A stretch of DNA of 64,000 nt, taken from Acetobacteraceae bacterium. GTDB taxonomy: Bacteria > Pseudomonadota > Alphaproteobacteria > Acetobacterales > Acetobacteraceae. Every line of letters begins with the position of its first letter. Position 1 is the stretch's first letter. The stretch is taken from NCBI GenBank assembly GCA_965276815.1, contig CBDIBE010000010.1, positions 623,734-687,733 of the forward strand, in the 5' to 3' direction. The notes under the pieces are model-generated. The model ran no database searches. It worked only from the letters and a program-made list of their open reading frames with translations, and had not been told where the DNA came from. A program made the translations under genes and the position numbers. Positions 34,850 through 44,546 of this stretch are shown here, piece after piece.

Positions 34850-36229
34850 CGAGAAGCGGGCAATCGCGCGCAGCCCGGTGAGCGCGCGTGCCGGCGAGTC
34901 GAAGACCGGGAAGGACGCGGCCATGAAGGCGGCGCGCGGCTCGGGCGTCAGGTCTTCGGGCGCCGTCCAGACCACGATGAGGGGTTTGCTGGCGGCGGCG
35001 GCCGACTGCATCAGCATGGCGGCGAATTCGGCTTGGTGCGAGAAGGTGATGATCACGATCAGCGCGTCGATCTCGCCGCTGTCCAGCACCAGGTCGATGG
35101 CGCGGCGGAACATGCCGGGGCTCGAAAGGGCGACGCCGGTCATGTCCACCGGGTTCCGCACGGCGGCGAAGTACGGCAGGGAGGCGCTGATCGTCTCCTG
35201 CACCCTGGCGCTGAACCGGGGGATTTCGAAGCCGGCCTGCTCGAACAGCTCGCAAGCCTCGACGGCCAGGCCGCCGGCGATCGACACGATCCCGACGCGC
35301 AGCCCCCCGAGCCGGCGTCCCAGCGACAGCGCCGCCGCGGCGTCGACGGCCTCGGTGTGGTCGCGGGCGCGGACGATCTGCAGCTCCTCGAACACGCCGT
35401 CCACGACGCGGTCGTCGCCGGCGATGGCGCCGGTATGGGTCACGACGGCCTCGCGCGCCGCGGCCCCGCTGCCGGGCTTTTGGATGACGAGGGCCTTCTG
35501 GCCTCGCATCGCCCGTGCCAGGGCGACGAAGCGGGCGGGGTCGCGGATCTGTTCGAGGTAGCAGAGCACGATGCGGGTTCCGGGGTCGGCCGCGAACCAC
35601 TCGAGCGCGTCCGCGGCGGTAACGCTGACCTCGTTGCCGGTGGTGACCAGCGCCCGCACCCCGACGCCCATGCGGGTCAGCCGCTTCGACATGGCGCCGG
35701 AGATGGCGCCGGACTGCGCGACGATGCCGACCGAGCCGTCCTTGGCGCCCATGGTCATGGCGCTGAAGGTGATGAAGGCGGAGCGGGACGGGAAGGTGAA
35801 GCCCTCGCAATTCGGGCCGAGCAGGCGGAAGGGCGCATTGGCCAGCCGCTCTTCCAACACTTCCTGCAGCCGTCGCCCCGTCTCGCCGGCCTCGGCGAAG
35901 CCGGAGGTCATGGAGGCGATCACCCGGACATGGCTCGCCTCGCACTCGTCGAGTGCTGCCATGAACCCGTCCGCCGGCACCATGACCACGGCGACGTCGA
36001 GGGGTTCGGGCACGTCGGCGAGGCGCGGCACTGTGGGCAGGCCCAGGATCTCGGGCGCGGTGCGGTTGATCGGGTAGATGCGGCCGGGAAAGCCGCCTTG
36101 CAGCATGAGCTTGACCAGGAGATGGCCGAGCTTGCCCGGCGTGCTGGAGGCGCCGATGACGGCGACGCTGCGGGCATTGAGCGCGGCGTCCAGCGCTTGC
36201 GGGCCGGTGAGACGGAGCGGCTTGAGCAT
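34838..36229 (-). CDS. Acyl-CoA synthetase (NDP/ADP-forming), alpha subunit with CoA-binding and succinyl-CoA-synthetase-like domains
   Basis: 463 aa (VAVIGASSTPGKLGHLLVKLMLQGGFPGRIYPINR...). This is the acetate-CoA ligase (ADP-forming) family fold. Confidence 0.8.
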   Translation of the reverse strand: MLKPLRLTGPQALDAALNARSVAVIGASSTPGKLGHLLVKLMLQGGFPGRIYPINRTAPEILGLPTVPRLADVPEPLDVAVVMVPADGFMAALDECEASHVRVIASMTSGFAEAGETGRRLQEVLEERLANAPFRLLGPNCEGFTFPSRSAFITFSAMTMGAKDGSVGIVAQSGAISGAMSKRLTRMGVGVRALVTTGNEVSVTAADALEWFAADPGTRIVLCYLEQIRDPARFVALARAMRGQKALVIQKPGSGAAAREAVVTHTGAIAGDDRVVDGVFEELQIVRARDHTEAVDAAAALSLGRRLGGLRVGIVSIAGGLAVEACELFEQAGFEIPRFSARVQETISASLPYFAAVRNPVDMTGVALSSPGMFRRAIDLVLDSGEIDALIVIITFSHQAEFAAMLMQSAAAASKPLIVVWTAPEDLTPEPRAAFMAASFPVFDSPARALTGLRAIARFSGLL

Positions 36230-37767
36230 CAGGCGGCGTGCTGGTTGCGCAGCGCTTGCCGGTTCACCTTGCCGGATGGCGTTTTCGGCAGTTCGGTGAC
36301 GAACTCGATCACGCGGGGGTATTCGTGCTGGGCGAGGCGGGTGCGGGTGAAGAGCTGCAACTCTTCGGTCAGCGCGTCGCTCGCGGGGCGGCGCGGGACG
36401 ATGTAGGCCTTGACGACTTGGCCGCGCAGTTGGTCCGGCACGCCGATCACCGCGGCCTCCGCGACCGCGTCATGCTTGAGTAGGGTATCCTCGATCTCCT
36501 TGGCGCTCATGGTCCAGCCGGCCGAGATGATGACGTCGTCGGCGCGGCCGCCATGGTAGAAGTAGCCTTCCTCGTCGGTCCAGCCGAGATCCTTGGTGCG
36601 GACCCATTCGCCGCCGCGCTGGACGACGATTTCGCCGATCTGGAGGGGCGGCGTGTCGTTGCCGTTCGCATCGTGGACGGCGACGAGCAGGCCGGGTACC
36701 GGCTTGCCGAGCGAGCGCGGCTTGACTGCGATGTCGCGGGCGCCGGGATAGTTCACCAGCAGCACGCCGACTTCCGTGGTGCCGTACATGCTGCAGGCGC
36801 GCTGGCCGAAGGTCTCGATGATGAAATCCTCGGTCGCGGTGTCGGTGGGTTCGCCGGTGTAGGTGAGTTTCTCGATGAAGTAGCGGTGGCTGGCGGCGAC
36901 GCCGCTGTTCTTCATCAGCCGGTAGTGGGTGGCGGCGGCGGAGAGGTTGGTGATGCGGTCGCGCTCCATCGCTTCGAGCAGGCGCGCCGCGTCGAACGGG
37001 CCGGCCCAGGCCCAGATGCTGACGCCGAGCGCGAGCGGGGCGATGGTGCCGTGCCAGAGTCCGTGGCCCCAAGCGGGCGAGGAAGGGCAGAGATAGCGGT
37101 CGCCGGGTCGCACGCCGGTGCCGTAAAGGGCGGCGATCATCACGGTGACGACTGCGCGGTGCCGGTGCTTGACCGCGTCCGGCAGCTCGCGGGTGGTGCC
37201 CGAAGTGTATTGAAACATGGCCATGTCGGCCGAGCCGGTGCTGGGCGTGAAGCTGTCGCCGGCGGCCGCCAGTGACGCCATGAAGGCGTCGTCAGCCTGG
37301 ATGACCTCGGTGCCGGCGAACCCGGCCGAAATTGCCATCTTGTCGGGCGCCGACACCAGGATCTTGGGCTGGCAGTCTTGTACGCGGAGCGCGAGCCCGT
37401 CGCGTCCGAACAGCGTGTAGAGCGGGACGGCCGTCGCACCCGACTTCATGGCGCCGAACAGGCAAGCATAGAAGGCGAGCGACGGGTCGAGCATAATGGC
37501 CACACGGTCGCCGGCCACGACGCCTCGCGCCTGCAGGAAATTGGCGACGCGGTTGGACCAGAGCGCCACGTCTTCGGCCGTGAGAACGAGATCCGGCCTG
37601 GATTTCGACAGGACGGTGATAGTGAGCCCGCTTGCCACGTGCCGGTCGATGCACTCATGGGCGATGTTAAGGCGCTGTTCGGTTCCGTCGAACAGCGCCC
37701 AGAGCCCGGCGCGCGAGAAATGCGCCTGGGCTTCGACGTAGCCGGAGAACTCGGTCAGTTTCTGCAC
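36229..37767 (-). CDS. AMP-dependent synthetase/ligase (acyl- or aryl-CoA ligase)
   Basis: 512 aa with the AMP-binding motif FQYTSGTTRELPDAV and the C-terminal lysine motif PKTPSGKVNRQAL. An ATGA overlap joins it to the downstream gene. Confidence 0.85.
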   Translation of the reverse strand: MQKLTEFSGYVEAQAHFSRAGLWALFDGTEQRLNIAHECIDRHVASGLTITVLSKSRPDLVLTAEDVALWSNRVANFLQARGVVAGDRVAIMLDPSLAFYACLFGAMKSGATAVPLYTLFGRDGLALRVQDCQPKILVSAPDKMAISAGFAGTEVIQADDAFMASLAAAGDSFTPSTGSADMAMFQYTSGTTRELPDAVKHRHRAVVTVMIAALYGTGVRPGDRYLCPSSPAWGHGLWHGTIAPLALGVSIWAWAGPFDAARLLEAMERDRITNLSAAATHYRLMKNSGVAASHRYFIEKLTYTGEPTDTATEDFIIETFGQRACSMYGTTEVGVLLVNYPGARDIAVKPRSLGKPVPGLLVAVHDANGNDTPPLQIGEIVVQRGGEWVRTKDLGWTDEEGYFYHGGRADDVIISAGWTMSAKEIEDTLLKHDAVAEAAVIGVPDQLRGQVVKAYIVPRRPASDALTEELQLFTRTRLAQHEYPRVIEFVTELPKTPSGKVNRQALRNQHAA

Positions 37768-37957
37768 ACTCTTCCCCCCAAACGCTCTTGGGCTACCATA
37801 ACGGGCAGAAGCGGCAATAGGAGGTGTCGTTCGCCGATGTTAAACTGACCATAACGGGCCGATCATTGCCGTGCGGTGTCTCTAAATCGTCCACTGTATA
37901 CGCTGACGAAATTGTGCCACCATAATTGCGCTACCCCAATCCGCTTGGAGCGATCTC

Positions 37958-38347
37958 ATGGGCCTCTTCAGCTCGATTAAGGATAAGATTTTCCATCACG
38001 CCGCGGCGGCAGAGGCGGCGCCCGGATCTCCCGCGGCGGCGAGTCCGGCTGCTGCGGCGGCCGGAGGAAGTGCCCCGAGCGCCCCCGGCGCGGAAGTCGA
38101 TGTTGGCGCCGTACTCAGCCAGATGGCAGCGCAAAAGGGCGGCGGCGGCAATTACGAAACCTCGATCGTGGACCTCCTCAAGCTGCTCGACCTCGATTCC
38201 AGCATGCAAGCGCGCAAGGAATTGGCCGACGAACTTCACGTGGCCGGCGCCGATGGCAGCGCCGAGAAGAATATCGCGCTGCACCATGCGGTCATGCAGA
38301 AGCTGGCCGAGAACGGCGGCAAGGTGCCCGACAGCATGCGCGGCTGA
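37958..38347 (+). CDS. DUF3597-like hypothetical protein
   Basis: 129 aa. The N-terminus MGLFSSIKDKIFHH is conserved, with an Ala/Pro-rich linker and a conserved C-terminal domain. Confidence 0.6.
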   Translation: MGLFSSIKDKIFHHAAAAEAAPGSPAAASPAAAAAGGSAPSAPGAEVDVGAVLSQMAAQKGGGGNYETSIVDLLKLLDLDSSMQARKELADELHVAGADGSAEKNIALHHAVMQKLAENGGKVPDSMRG

Positions 38348-38415
38348 TCTTTCAACAGAACGGCATTGTGGCCCGCAGTTGGCCAGGCCACGATGCCGCG
38401 GTTGATTGCCGGGCG

Positions 38416-38870
38416 TTAGGCGGCCTGCTCCATGGCGACGCTCTTGCCGCGGATGAGCTGGGCGGCGCGGATGACCTCGATCTCGTCGCGGCCGAATAGG
38501 CCGTTCTCCCCGCATGCGGGTTCAGCGCGCCGACGGCGATGGCGGGCCAAGGAAATGGCGTCGCAAATGCGCGGGCCATCGATCTGTTTGATCGCCTCGC
38601 GCAGCGAGAGGTGGCCGGTCACGCGCGACATCCACTTCCCGTCGAGCGCGTTCATTTCGGAAATGTGTCCGTTATGGCCGAGCAGGTGCGCGAACATCTT
38701 GTGGTCGTCGGCGAATTGCCAGCCGCCCTGATAAAGGGCGGCTTTGTTGAGCGGCGCGAAAGTGATGCCGTCGACCAGGCCGGCCTTGGCGATCTCGATG
38801 GCGGCTTTCAGCGTCTCCAGGGTCTGCGCCCATAATCGTCGACAGTTTGAGCGGGGTAGGCGATGAGCGG
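38416..38870 (-). pseudogene. PdxA-family (4-hydroxythreonine-4-phosphate dehydrogenase-like) gene remnant, truncated at both ends and frameshifted
   Basis: The fragment covers only the middle of the protein: FAPLNKAAL...GHNGHISEMNAL...TGHLSLREAIKQI. The NPHAG motif lies in a different frame (ORF 38352..38579: AVGALNPHAG). There is no N-terminal ~120 aa and no start codon, and it abuts the livF stop. Confidence 0.65.
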
Positions 38871-38871
38871 C

Positions 38872-39609
38872 TCAGCGGCTCGCGGCGACCGTCTTGCCGC
38901 CCAGATAGGCGGCGCGCACATCTGCATTGCCCCATAGCTCGGCCGGTTTGCCGCTGACCAGCAGGCTGCCGGTTTCCAACACATAGCCGCGATCGGCGAC
39001 GCTCAGCGCCATGTGGGCGTTCTGTTCCACCAGCAGCACCGTGGTTCCCCTGGCGCGGATGTCGGCCACGATGCGGAACACTTGCTGCACGATTAGGGGG
39101 GCGAGGCCGAGGCTCGGCTCGTCGAGCAGCAGCAGTTTCGGCTGCGCCATCATGCCGCGGGCGACGGCGACCATCTGCAATTGGCCGCCGGACAGGGTCC
39201 AGCCGAGCGCATCCTCCAATCGCTTCAGATCCGGAAAGAACCCGAACATCTCGTCGGTGTCGCGCTCCAGTACGCGGCGGCGGACGCCCTTGCGATTGCT
39301 GCCGCCGAGCAAGATGTTCTCGCGCACGGTCAGCCCCGGGAAGACCCGGCGACCCTCGGGGACGTGGGCGACGCCCATGCGGACGATGCCCTCCGGCTTC
39401 TGCCCGAGCAGTGATTTTCCCGCGAAGTTCAGCGTTCCCGACACGTTTGGCACCAGGCCGGAAATGGCGCGCAAGGTCGTCGACTTGCCGGCGCCGTTGG
39501 CCCCGAGGAGCGCGACGATCTCGCCTTCCTCGACCTGCAGCGACAGGCCTTTCAGCACCTCCGCGGCGCCGTAGCCGGCGTGCAGCCCCGCGAGTTCAAG
39601 CAGCGGCAT
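38872..39609 (-). CDS. livF: Branched-chain amino acid ABC transporter ATP-binding protein
   Basis: 245 aa with Walker A GANGAGKST, signature LSGGQLQMVAVARG and Walker B LLLDEPSLGLAP. Confidence 0.85.
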   Translation of the reverse strand: MPLLELAGLHAGYGAAEVLKGLSLQVEEGEIVALLGANGAGKSTTLRAISGLVPNVSGTLNFAGKSLLGQKPEGIVRMGVAHVPEGRRVFPGLTVRENILLGGSNRKGVRRRVLERDTDEMFGFFPDLKRLEDALGWTLSGGQLQMVAVARGMMAQPKLLLLDEPSLGLAPLIVQQVFRIVADIRARGTTVLLVEQNAHMALSVADRGYVLETGSLLVSGKPAELWGNADVRAAYLGGKTVAASR

Positions 39610-41371
39610 CGCGCGGCTCTCCGAGATAGGCGGCGATCACGTCGGGATGGGCCAGCACGTCGCGCGGCCGCCCGTCGGCGATGCGGCGGCCGAAGTTCAG
39701 CACGGTGATGTGGTCCGCCACCTGCTCGACCAGGTTCATGTCGTGGTCGACGATCAGGATGGTCAGGCCATGGCCCTTGAGGCGCCGCAGCAGCAGGCCG
39801 AGCTCGTGTTTTTCGGTCAGGTTCAGCCCTGCGGCCGGCTCGTCCAGCAGCAATAGATGCGGGTTGCCGGCCAGCGCCCGGGCAATCTCGACATAGCGCT
39901 GGTAGCCGTAGGAGAGCGTACCGACGAGTCGGTTGGCGTCGGCGCGCAGGTCCACGAAGTCGAGGGCGGCGAGCGCGCGGGCGACGACGAGGGTCGGGTT
40001 CTCGGCGATGTCGTTGCCGGGTCGCTCGGCGCCGACCATGACGTTTTCCAGCACCGTCATGCCGCGGAACACGCGGATGTTCTGGAAGGTGCGGGCCAGA
40101 CCGAGACGCGTGCGGGCGTGCGGTGGCAGCCCGGTGACGTCGCGCCCGGCCAGGACGATACGCCCGGCGGTTGGGCGATACAGGCCGGTGGTGACGTTGA
40201 TAAAAGTGCTCTTGCCGGAGCCGTTTGGGCCGATCAGCGCGTGCACGGTGCCGCGGCGCACGGCGATGTCGACGCCGTCCAGCGCTTTGAGGCCGCCGAA
40301 ATGCTTGGCGAGGCCGGTGATCTCAAGGGCTTTTTCATCCGACTCCGCGCCGGTCTGCGAGAGCAGCGGCAAGCGCGGCACGGCCGCCGTGCTCGCGGGG
40401 CCCGCCCGGCGCAGGCGCTTGGCCACGAACCCCCATAATCCGTCGGGCAGGAACACCATGATGAGGATGACCGCGGCGCCGTAGACGGCCAGGTAGACGT
40501 TGCGCAGGAAGCGCAGCCACTCCGGCAGGATCACCAGGAGGGTCGTGCCCAACAGCGCGCCGAACGGCGACTGCACGCCGCCCAGCAGCGCCATCGTCAG
40601 CAGGACGATGCTCTCGTTGAAGGTGAACTGGTCCGGGCTGATATAGGCGAAGGCGCCCGCGAACAGCCCGCCGCCCAGGCCGCCCAGCACGGCGCTGATG
40701 GCGAAGGCGAGCACCTTGGTGCGGAAGATGTCGATGCCGCAGATGCTGGCCGCGATCTCGTTGTCTCGCACCGCCTGCATCGCCCGGCCCAACCGGCTGG
40801 CCTTCAGCCGCCACGCGTACCAGACCACAGCGGCGAGTACCGCCAGGCACAGCGCGAGATATCGGTCGCCATGCTCCAGCAACAGGCCGGGCACGTGCGG
40901 GCGCGGGATGCTCTGTATTCCGTCCGGCCCGTGCGTCAGCCCGATCCAGTTGGCCAGGACCAGGGTCAGGATCTCCTGGAAGCTGATCGTCACCATCGCC
41001 AGGTAGTGGCCGCCGAGCCGCAGGCTGGCCAGGCCGAGCGCGATGCCGAACACGCCGGCGGCCGCCATGCCCAGCAGCAACGCTACGAAGAACGGCAGCC
41101 CGTAATCGGTCGCGCCGAGCCCCACCCCGTAGGCGCCCAGGCCGAAGAACGCCGCCTGCGCCAGCGAAATCTGCCCGCAATAGCCGAGCACGACCACCAG
41201 CCCGGTCACGCCCACCGCGTAGGTCGCCGCCTGCATGACGATGTTCAACACATAGCCGGATTGCGGCAGGAACCCGGCGAGCGCGATGATCGCCAACACC
41301 GCCACGGCGAGCGCCGGCAGCCCGCGCCATGCCCGCACCTCGGGGAGCACCGGAATCGTGGCGGCGCTCAC
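39596..41371 (-). CDS. Fused branched-chain amino acid ABC permease (LivM-like) and ATP-binding (LivG-like) protein
   Basis: 591 aa. The first ~330 aa are polytopic TMD. The C-terminal ~250 aa carry Walker A GPNGSGKST, signature LSYGYQRYVEIARA and Walker B LLLDEPAAGLN. Confidence 0.8.
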   Translation of the reverse strand: MSAATIPVLPEVRAWRGLPALAVAVLAIIALAGFLPQSGYVLNIVMQAATYAVGVTGLVVVLGYCGQISLAQAAFFGLGAYGVGLGATDYGLPFFVALLLGMAAAGVFGIALGLASLRLGGHYLAMVTISFQEILTLVLANWIGLTHGPDGIQSIPRPHVPGLLLEHGDRYLALCLAVLAAVVWYAWRLKASRLGRAMQAVRDNEIAASICGIDIFRTKVLAFAISAVLGGLGGGLFAGAFAYISPDQFTFNESIVLLTMALLGGVQSPFGALLGTTLLVILPEWLRFLRNVYLAVYGAAVILIMVFLPDGLWGFVAKRLRRAGPASTAAVPRLPLLSQTGAESDEKALEITGLAKHFGGLKALDGVDIAVRRGTVHALIGPNGSGKSTFINVTTGLYRPTAGRIVLAGRDVTGLPPHARTRLGLARTFQNIRVFRGMTVLENVMVGAERPGNDIAENPTLVVARALAALDFVDLRADANRLVGTLSYGYQRYVEIARALAGNPHLLLLDEPAAGLNLTEKHELGLLLRRLKGHGLTILIVDHDMNLVEQVADHITVLNFGRRIADGRPRDVLAHPDVIAAYLGEPRDAAA

Positions 41372-42246
41372 GCTTTCTCCGCGATCTTCTCGCCGAACAG
41401 CCCTTGCGGCCGGATCAGCAGGAACAGCAGCAGCACCGCAAACGCGATGGCGTCCTTGTATGGCACCGAGATGAACGCCGCGCCGAACGTCTCGACCATG
41501 CCGAGCGCCAGCCCGCCGAGGATCGCGCCTGGGATGTTGCCGAACCCGCCGATGATGTTGGCGGCGAACGCCTTGAGCGAGATCAGCGCGCCCATGCCGA
41601 CCGAGACGAACAGCACCGGCGCCACCAGAATGCCGGCGAGCCCGCCCAGCGCCGCGCTATAGGCGAAGGTGATCAGGATCATGCTGGCCACCGGGATGCC
41701 GAGCAGGCTCGCCATCTCCTTGTCCTGGCTGGTCGCCTGCAGCTTTTTGCCGAGCAACGTCTTCTCGAAGATCAGGAATTGCAGCACGACCAACACCGTG
41801 ACGGCGACGATGATGGACAGGTACTGGCTGTCCATGAACACGCCGCCGACGTCGAAGCCAGGATTTTCGAACAGGCCCGGCAGCACCGCCGGGCTGGGGC
41901 CGTAGAGGAACAGCACCGTGTTGGACAGGAATATGCTGGCGCCGATGGTGCTGATGATCACCGGCAACTGCCCGCGATGCCGGAGCGGCCAGTAGGTGGC
42001 GCCGGCGAACAGGACGCCGAAGCCTGCTATCAGCACGACGGCGACCGGCAACGCGACGTAGTACGGAATGCCGATTTGGGTCGCCAAAATGACCATCGCG
42101 TAGGCGCCGAGCATGCTGAATTCGCCCTGCGCGAAGTTCACCACGTTGGCGGCGCGGATCAGCAGCACGAAGCCCAGGGCCACCAGCGCGTAGATCGCGC
42201 CGATGCCCAGGCCGGTGAACAACAGTTGCGGGACGAGGTCGATCAA
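41368..42246 (-). CDS. livH: Branched-chain amino acid ABC permease
   Basis: 292 aa LivH-type TMD. Confidence 0.85.
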   Translation of the reverse strand: MIDLVPQLLFTGLGIGAIYALVALGFVLLIRAANVVNFAQGEFSMLGAYAMVILATQIGIPYYVALPVAVVLIAGFGVLFAGATYWPLRHRGQLPVIISTIGASIFLSNTVLFLYGPSPAVLPGLFENPGFDVGGVFMDSQYLSIIVAVTVLVVLQFLIFEKTLLGKKLQATSQDKEMASLLGIPVASMILITFAYSAALGGLAGILVAPVLFVSVGMGALISLKAFAANIIGGFGNIPGAILGGLALGMVETFGAAFISVPYKDAIAFAVLLLFLLIRPQGLFGEKIAEKA

Positions 42247-42259
42247 ACGCCGAGCCTGA

Positions 42260-43396
42260 TCATTCCTTCACGTCGATCCGGCGTTCGAAGACGATCTTGC
42301 CATTCTCGTTCTTGACGATGTTGTAGCCGCGCAACCCGTCGCCGTTCGCGTCGAAATTGTATTCGCCCTCGGCGCCGGCATAGCCCTTGACGCCGAGCAA
42401 GGCGGTGCGGATCTTCTGCGGCTCGAGGCTGCCGGCATTGTTGATCGCGAGCCCGAGCAGGTTGACGGCGTCGAACGTCCATGAGGATTGGTTGTCCGGC
42501 AGGGTCTTATAGGCCGCCAAATATTTATCGCCGAACGCCTTGCTGGCCGGGGTGGCGTCGACGGCGTAGTCGGCCACGCCGTACGTGCCATACAGCGCCG
42601 CTTGCGCCAGGTTCAGCGCCGTCGTGTTGGTGATGGAGGGCGACCCGACCCAGGGAATGCGCACGCCGAGCTGGCGCAATTGGCGGGCGAAGATGCCGAG
42701 ATCGCTTTCGAACGTGAAATATGTGCCCAATATGTCTGCGCCCGATTGGCGGACGGCGAGCACCACGGCCGAGAAATCCGAGGCCTGGTTGGTGTAGCCC
42801 TGCTTGAGCACCGGGGTGATGCCTTTGGCTTGCAGCGCGTCCTCCAGCGCCTTGGCGCCATTCGTCCCGAAGGCGTCGGTCGAAAATACGACAGCCCATT
42901 TCTGCTTCTTGAGGTCGTCCAAGCCGAACTCGGCGATCACCTTGCCGGAATAGCTGTCGTTGGGGCGGCAGCGGAACAGCCAGGGATTGCCCTGATGGGT
43001 CAGCGTCGGATCGGTGCCGCCGATCATCATCGGCTTGCCGACCTTCAGCACGTCGGGCGCCATGGCTTGCACCTGCGTGCTGCGGATGGAGCCGATGAAG
43101 GCCGGGATGTCGGCCTGCGAGGCGAGGCGGCTGAAGGCGAGCACGGCGCCGGGATTGGTGGTCTGGTCGTCCTCGACCACCAGCTCCATCTTTTTGCCGA
43201 GCACGCCCTTCTCGTTGACCATGGCGAGCGCCAGGTTGGCGCCCTGCAGCTGGAACTTGCCGGCTTCGGCGGCTGGGCCTGTGGAGGGAAAGACGCAGCC
43301 GATGCGAATGGTGTCGGCGGCGCGGGCGATGTGCGGCGCGGCGAGCAGGGCGGCGGCGCCGAGCCCTAAGCCGCGTCTGGTGATGGTTGCAGACAT
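42260..43396 (-). CDS. Leu/Ile/Val-binding-protein-family periplasmic substrate-binding protein (Tat signal)
   Basis: 378 aa with a twin-arginine signal (TRRGLGLGAAALLAAPHIARA) and the type I PBP fold. Confidence 0.85.
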   Translation of the reverse strand: MSATITRRGLGLGAAALLAAPHIARAADTIRIGCVFPSTGPAAEAGKFQLQGANLALAMVNEKGVLGKKMELVVEDDQTTNPGAVLAFSRLASQADIPAFIGSIRSTQVQAMAPDVLKVGKPMMIGGTDPTLTHQGNPWLFRCRPNDSYSGKVIAEFGLDDLKKQKWAVVFSTDAFGTNGAKALEDALQAKGITPVLKQGYTNQASDFSAVVLAVRQSGADILGTYFTFESDLGIFARQLRQLGVRIPWVGSPSITNTTALNLAQAALYGTYGVADYAVDATPASKAFGDKYLAAYKTLPDNQSSWTFDAVNLLGLAINNAGSLEPQKIRTALLGVKGYAGAEGEYNFDANGDGLRGYNIVKNENGKIVFERRIDVKE

Positions 43397-43606
43397 TAAC
43401 TTCCTCTCCTGAGTCGGGCCTTCGCCCTGATGCGCCGGAGAGAACCATAGGGCCGCCGGGGCGGCAACCCGGAACAGCTCGGAGCGACGCCAAGGTTTGC
43501 CTACGCTGGACCTATCCAGGCACCCTGGTCGTGTCTACCAATGCCTGATGTCGATTGACGGCGTGTTTGCCTCGAGGTTGCCGGCCTTTGGGAGGCGCGA
43601 GCACAA

Positions 43607-44371
43607 GTGATCGCGAGCGTAACCTCGCAGTTGCCGATCCTGGCGGTGGCGTTCGGGATGGTCGGAATTGCCGGGCTGATCCGTGGCTTTACCGGGTTCG
43701 GCTTCAGCATCGCCGCCGTCCCGCTGTTGAGCTTGGTGATGCCGCCGGCGCAGGCCGTGCCGATTGTTCTCCTGCTGCAGTTCCTTGTCAGCCTCAGCGG
43801 GCTGAAGGAGGCGGTCCGCATTTGCCACTGGCACTCCATCCGTCTGCTCGCAATAGGTGCGGCAGCAGCCACGCCGATCGGGATGTGGGGGCTGGCGCAT
43901 TTGGCCGCGGCTCCCGTGCGCCTGGCCATTGCCGCGATCGTGCTTATTGCGGTCGCGGTCCTGGCGCGCGGCGTCCAGCTCCGCGGCCACCCACCGCAGA
44001 GGGCGGTGTTTCCGGTCGGCATCCTGTCGGGTCTGTTCAATGGCCTCGCCGGCATGCCGGGGCCGCCGGTCATCGCCTTCTATCTTGCCGCGCCGGTCAG
44101 TATCGATGTGGCGCGCGCGTCCATGATCGTGTTCTTCCTGATCACCGCGGTGGTCGGGCTGATCCCGGCGGCGATTTTGCGAATCGTCACGGAGACGACG
44201 ATTGTCGCCGCGCTGGTCGGCTTGCCTGCGGTATGGCTGGGTTCGCGCTATGGCGCGGTGCTGTACCGGACGAGCTCTCAGGCAAGTTACCGCCGGGTCG
44301 CCCTCGCATTGCTGGTCATTACGGCGCTACTGGCGGCTACCAGGGCTATTGTCGATCTAATGCAAAGCTAA
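43607..44371 (+). CDS. TSUP-family (TauE/SafE-like) anion exporter
   Basis: 254 aa, 8 TM helices, GTG start. Confidence 0.7.
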   Translation: MIASVTSQLPILAVAFGMVGIAGLIRGFTGFGFSIAAVPLLSLVMPPAQAVPIVLLLQFLVSLSGLKEAVRICHWHSIRLLAIGAAAATPIGMWGLAHLAAAPVRLAIAAIVLIAVAVLARGVQLRGHPPQRAVFPVGILSGLFNGLAGMPGPPVIAFYLAAPVSIDVARASMIVFFLITAVVGLIPAAILRIVTETTIVAALVGLPAVWLGSRYGAVLYRTSSQASYRRVALALLVITALLAATRAIVDLMQS

Positions 44372-44546
44372 GGGGCGTCGCTCTGCACGATAAGTGCGAC
44401 CATGCGTCACAGGTAACGCGGCTGACCGCGCGGTCAAGGCATGCTGATTGCTTGGCCGTGATTCGGGTCGAGGACTACCTGCGCAGTGTTTAAGGTGGCC
44501 GCAAGGGTTATCCTCGGCGAGTGCGGCAGCGGCAAGGGCGGTGGTG

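Noticed and set aside
34197-35945. Track ORF 34197..35945 taken as one 582-aa protein
   Set aside because: Only its C-terminal ~216 codons (ATP-grasp MEILSTW...) are real. The upstream part is the +1 frame of the alpha subunit gene 34838..36229, and its Arg-rich translation is nonsense.
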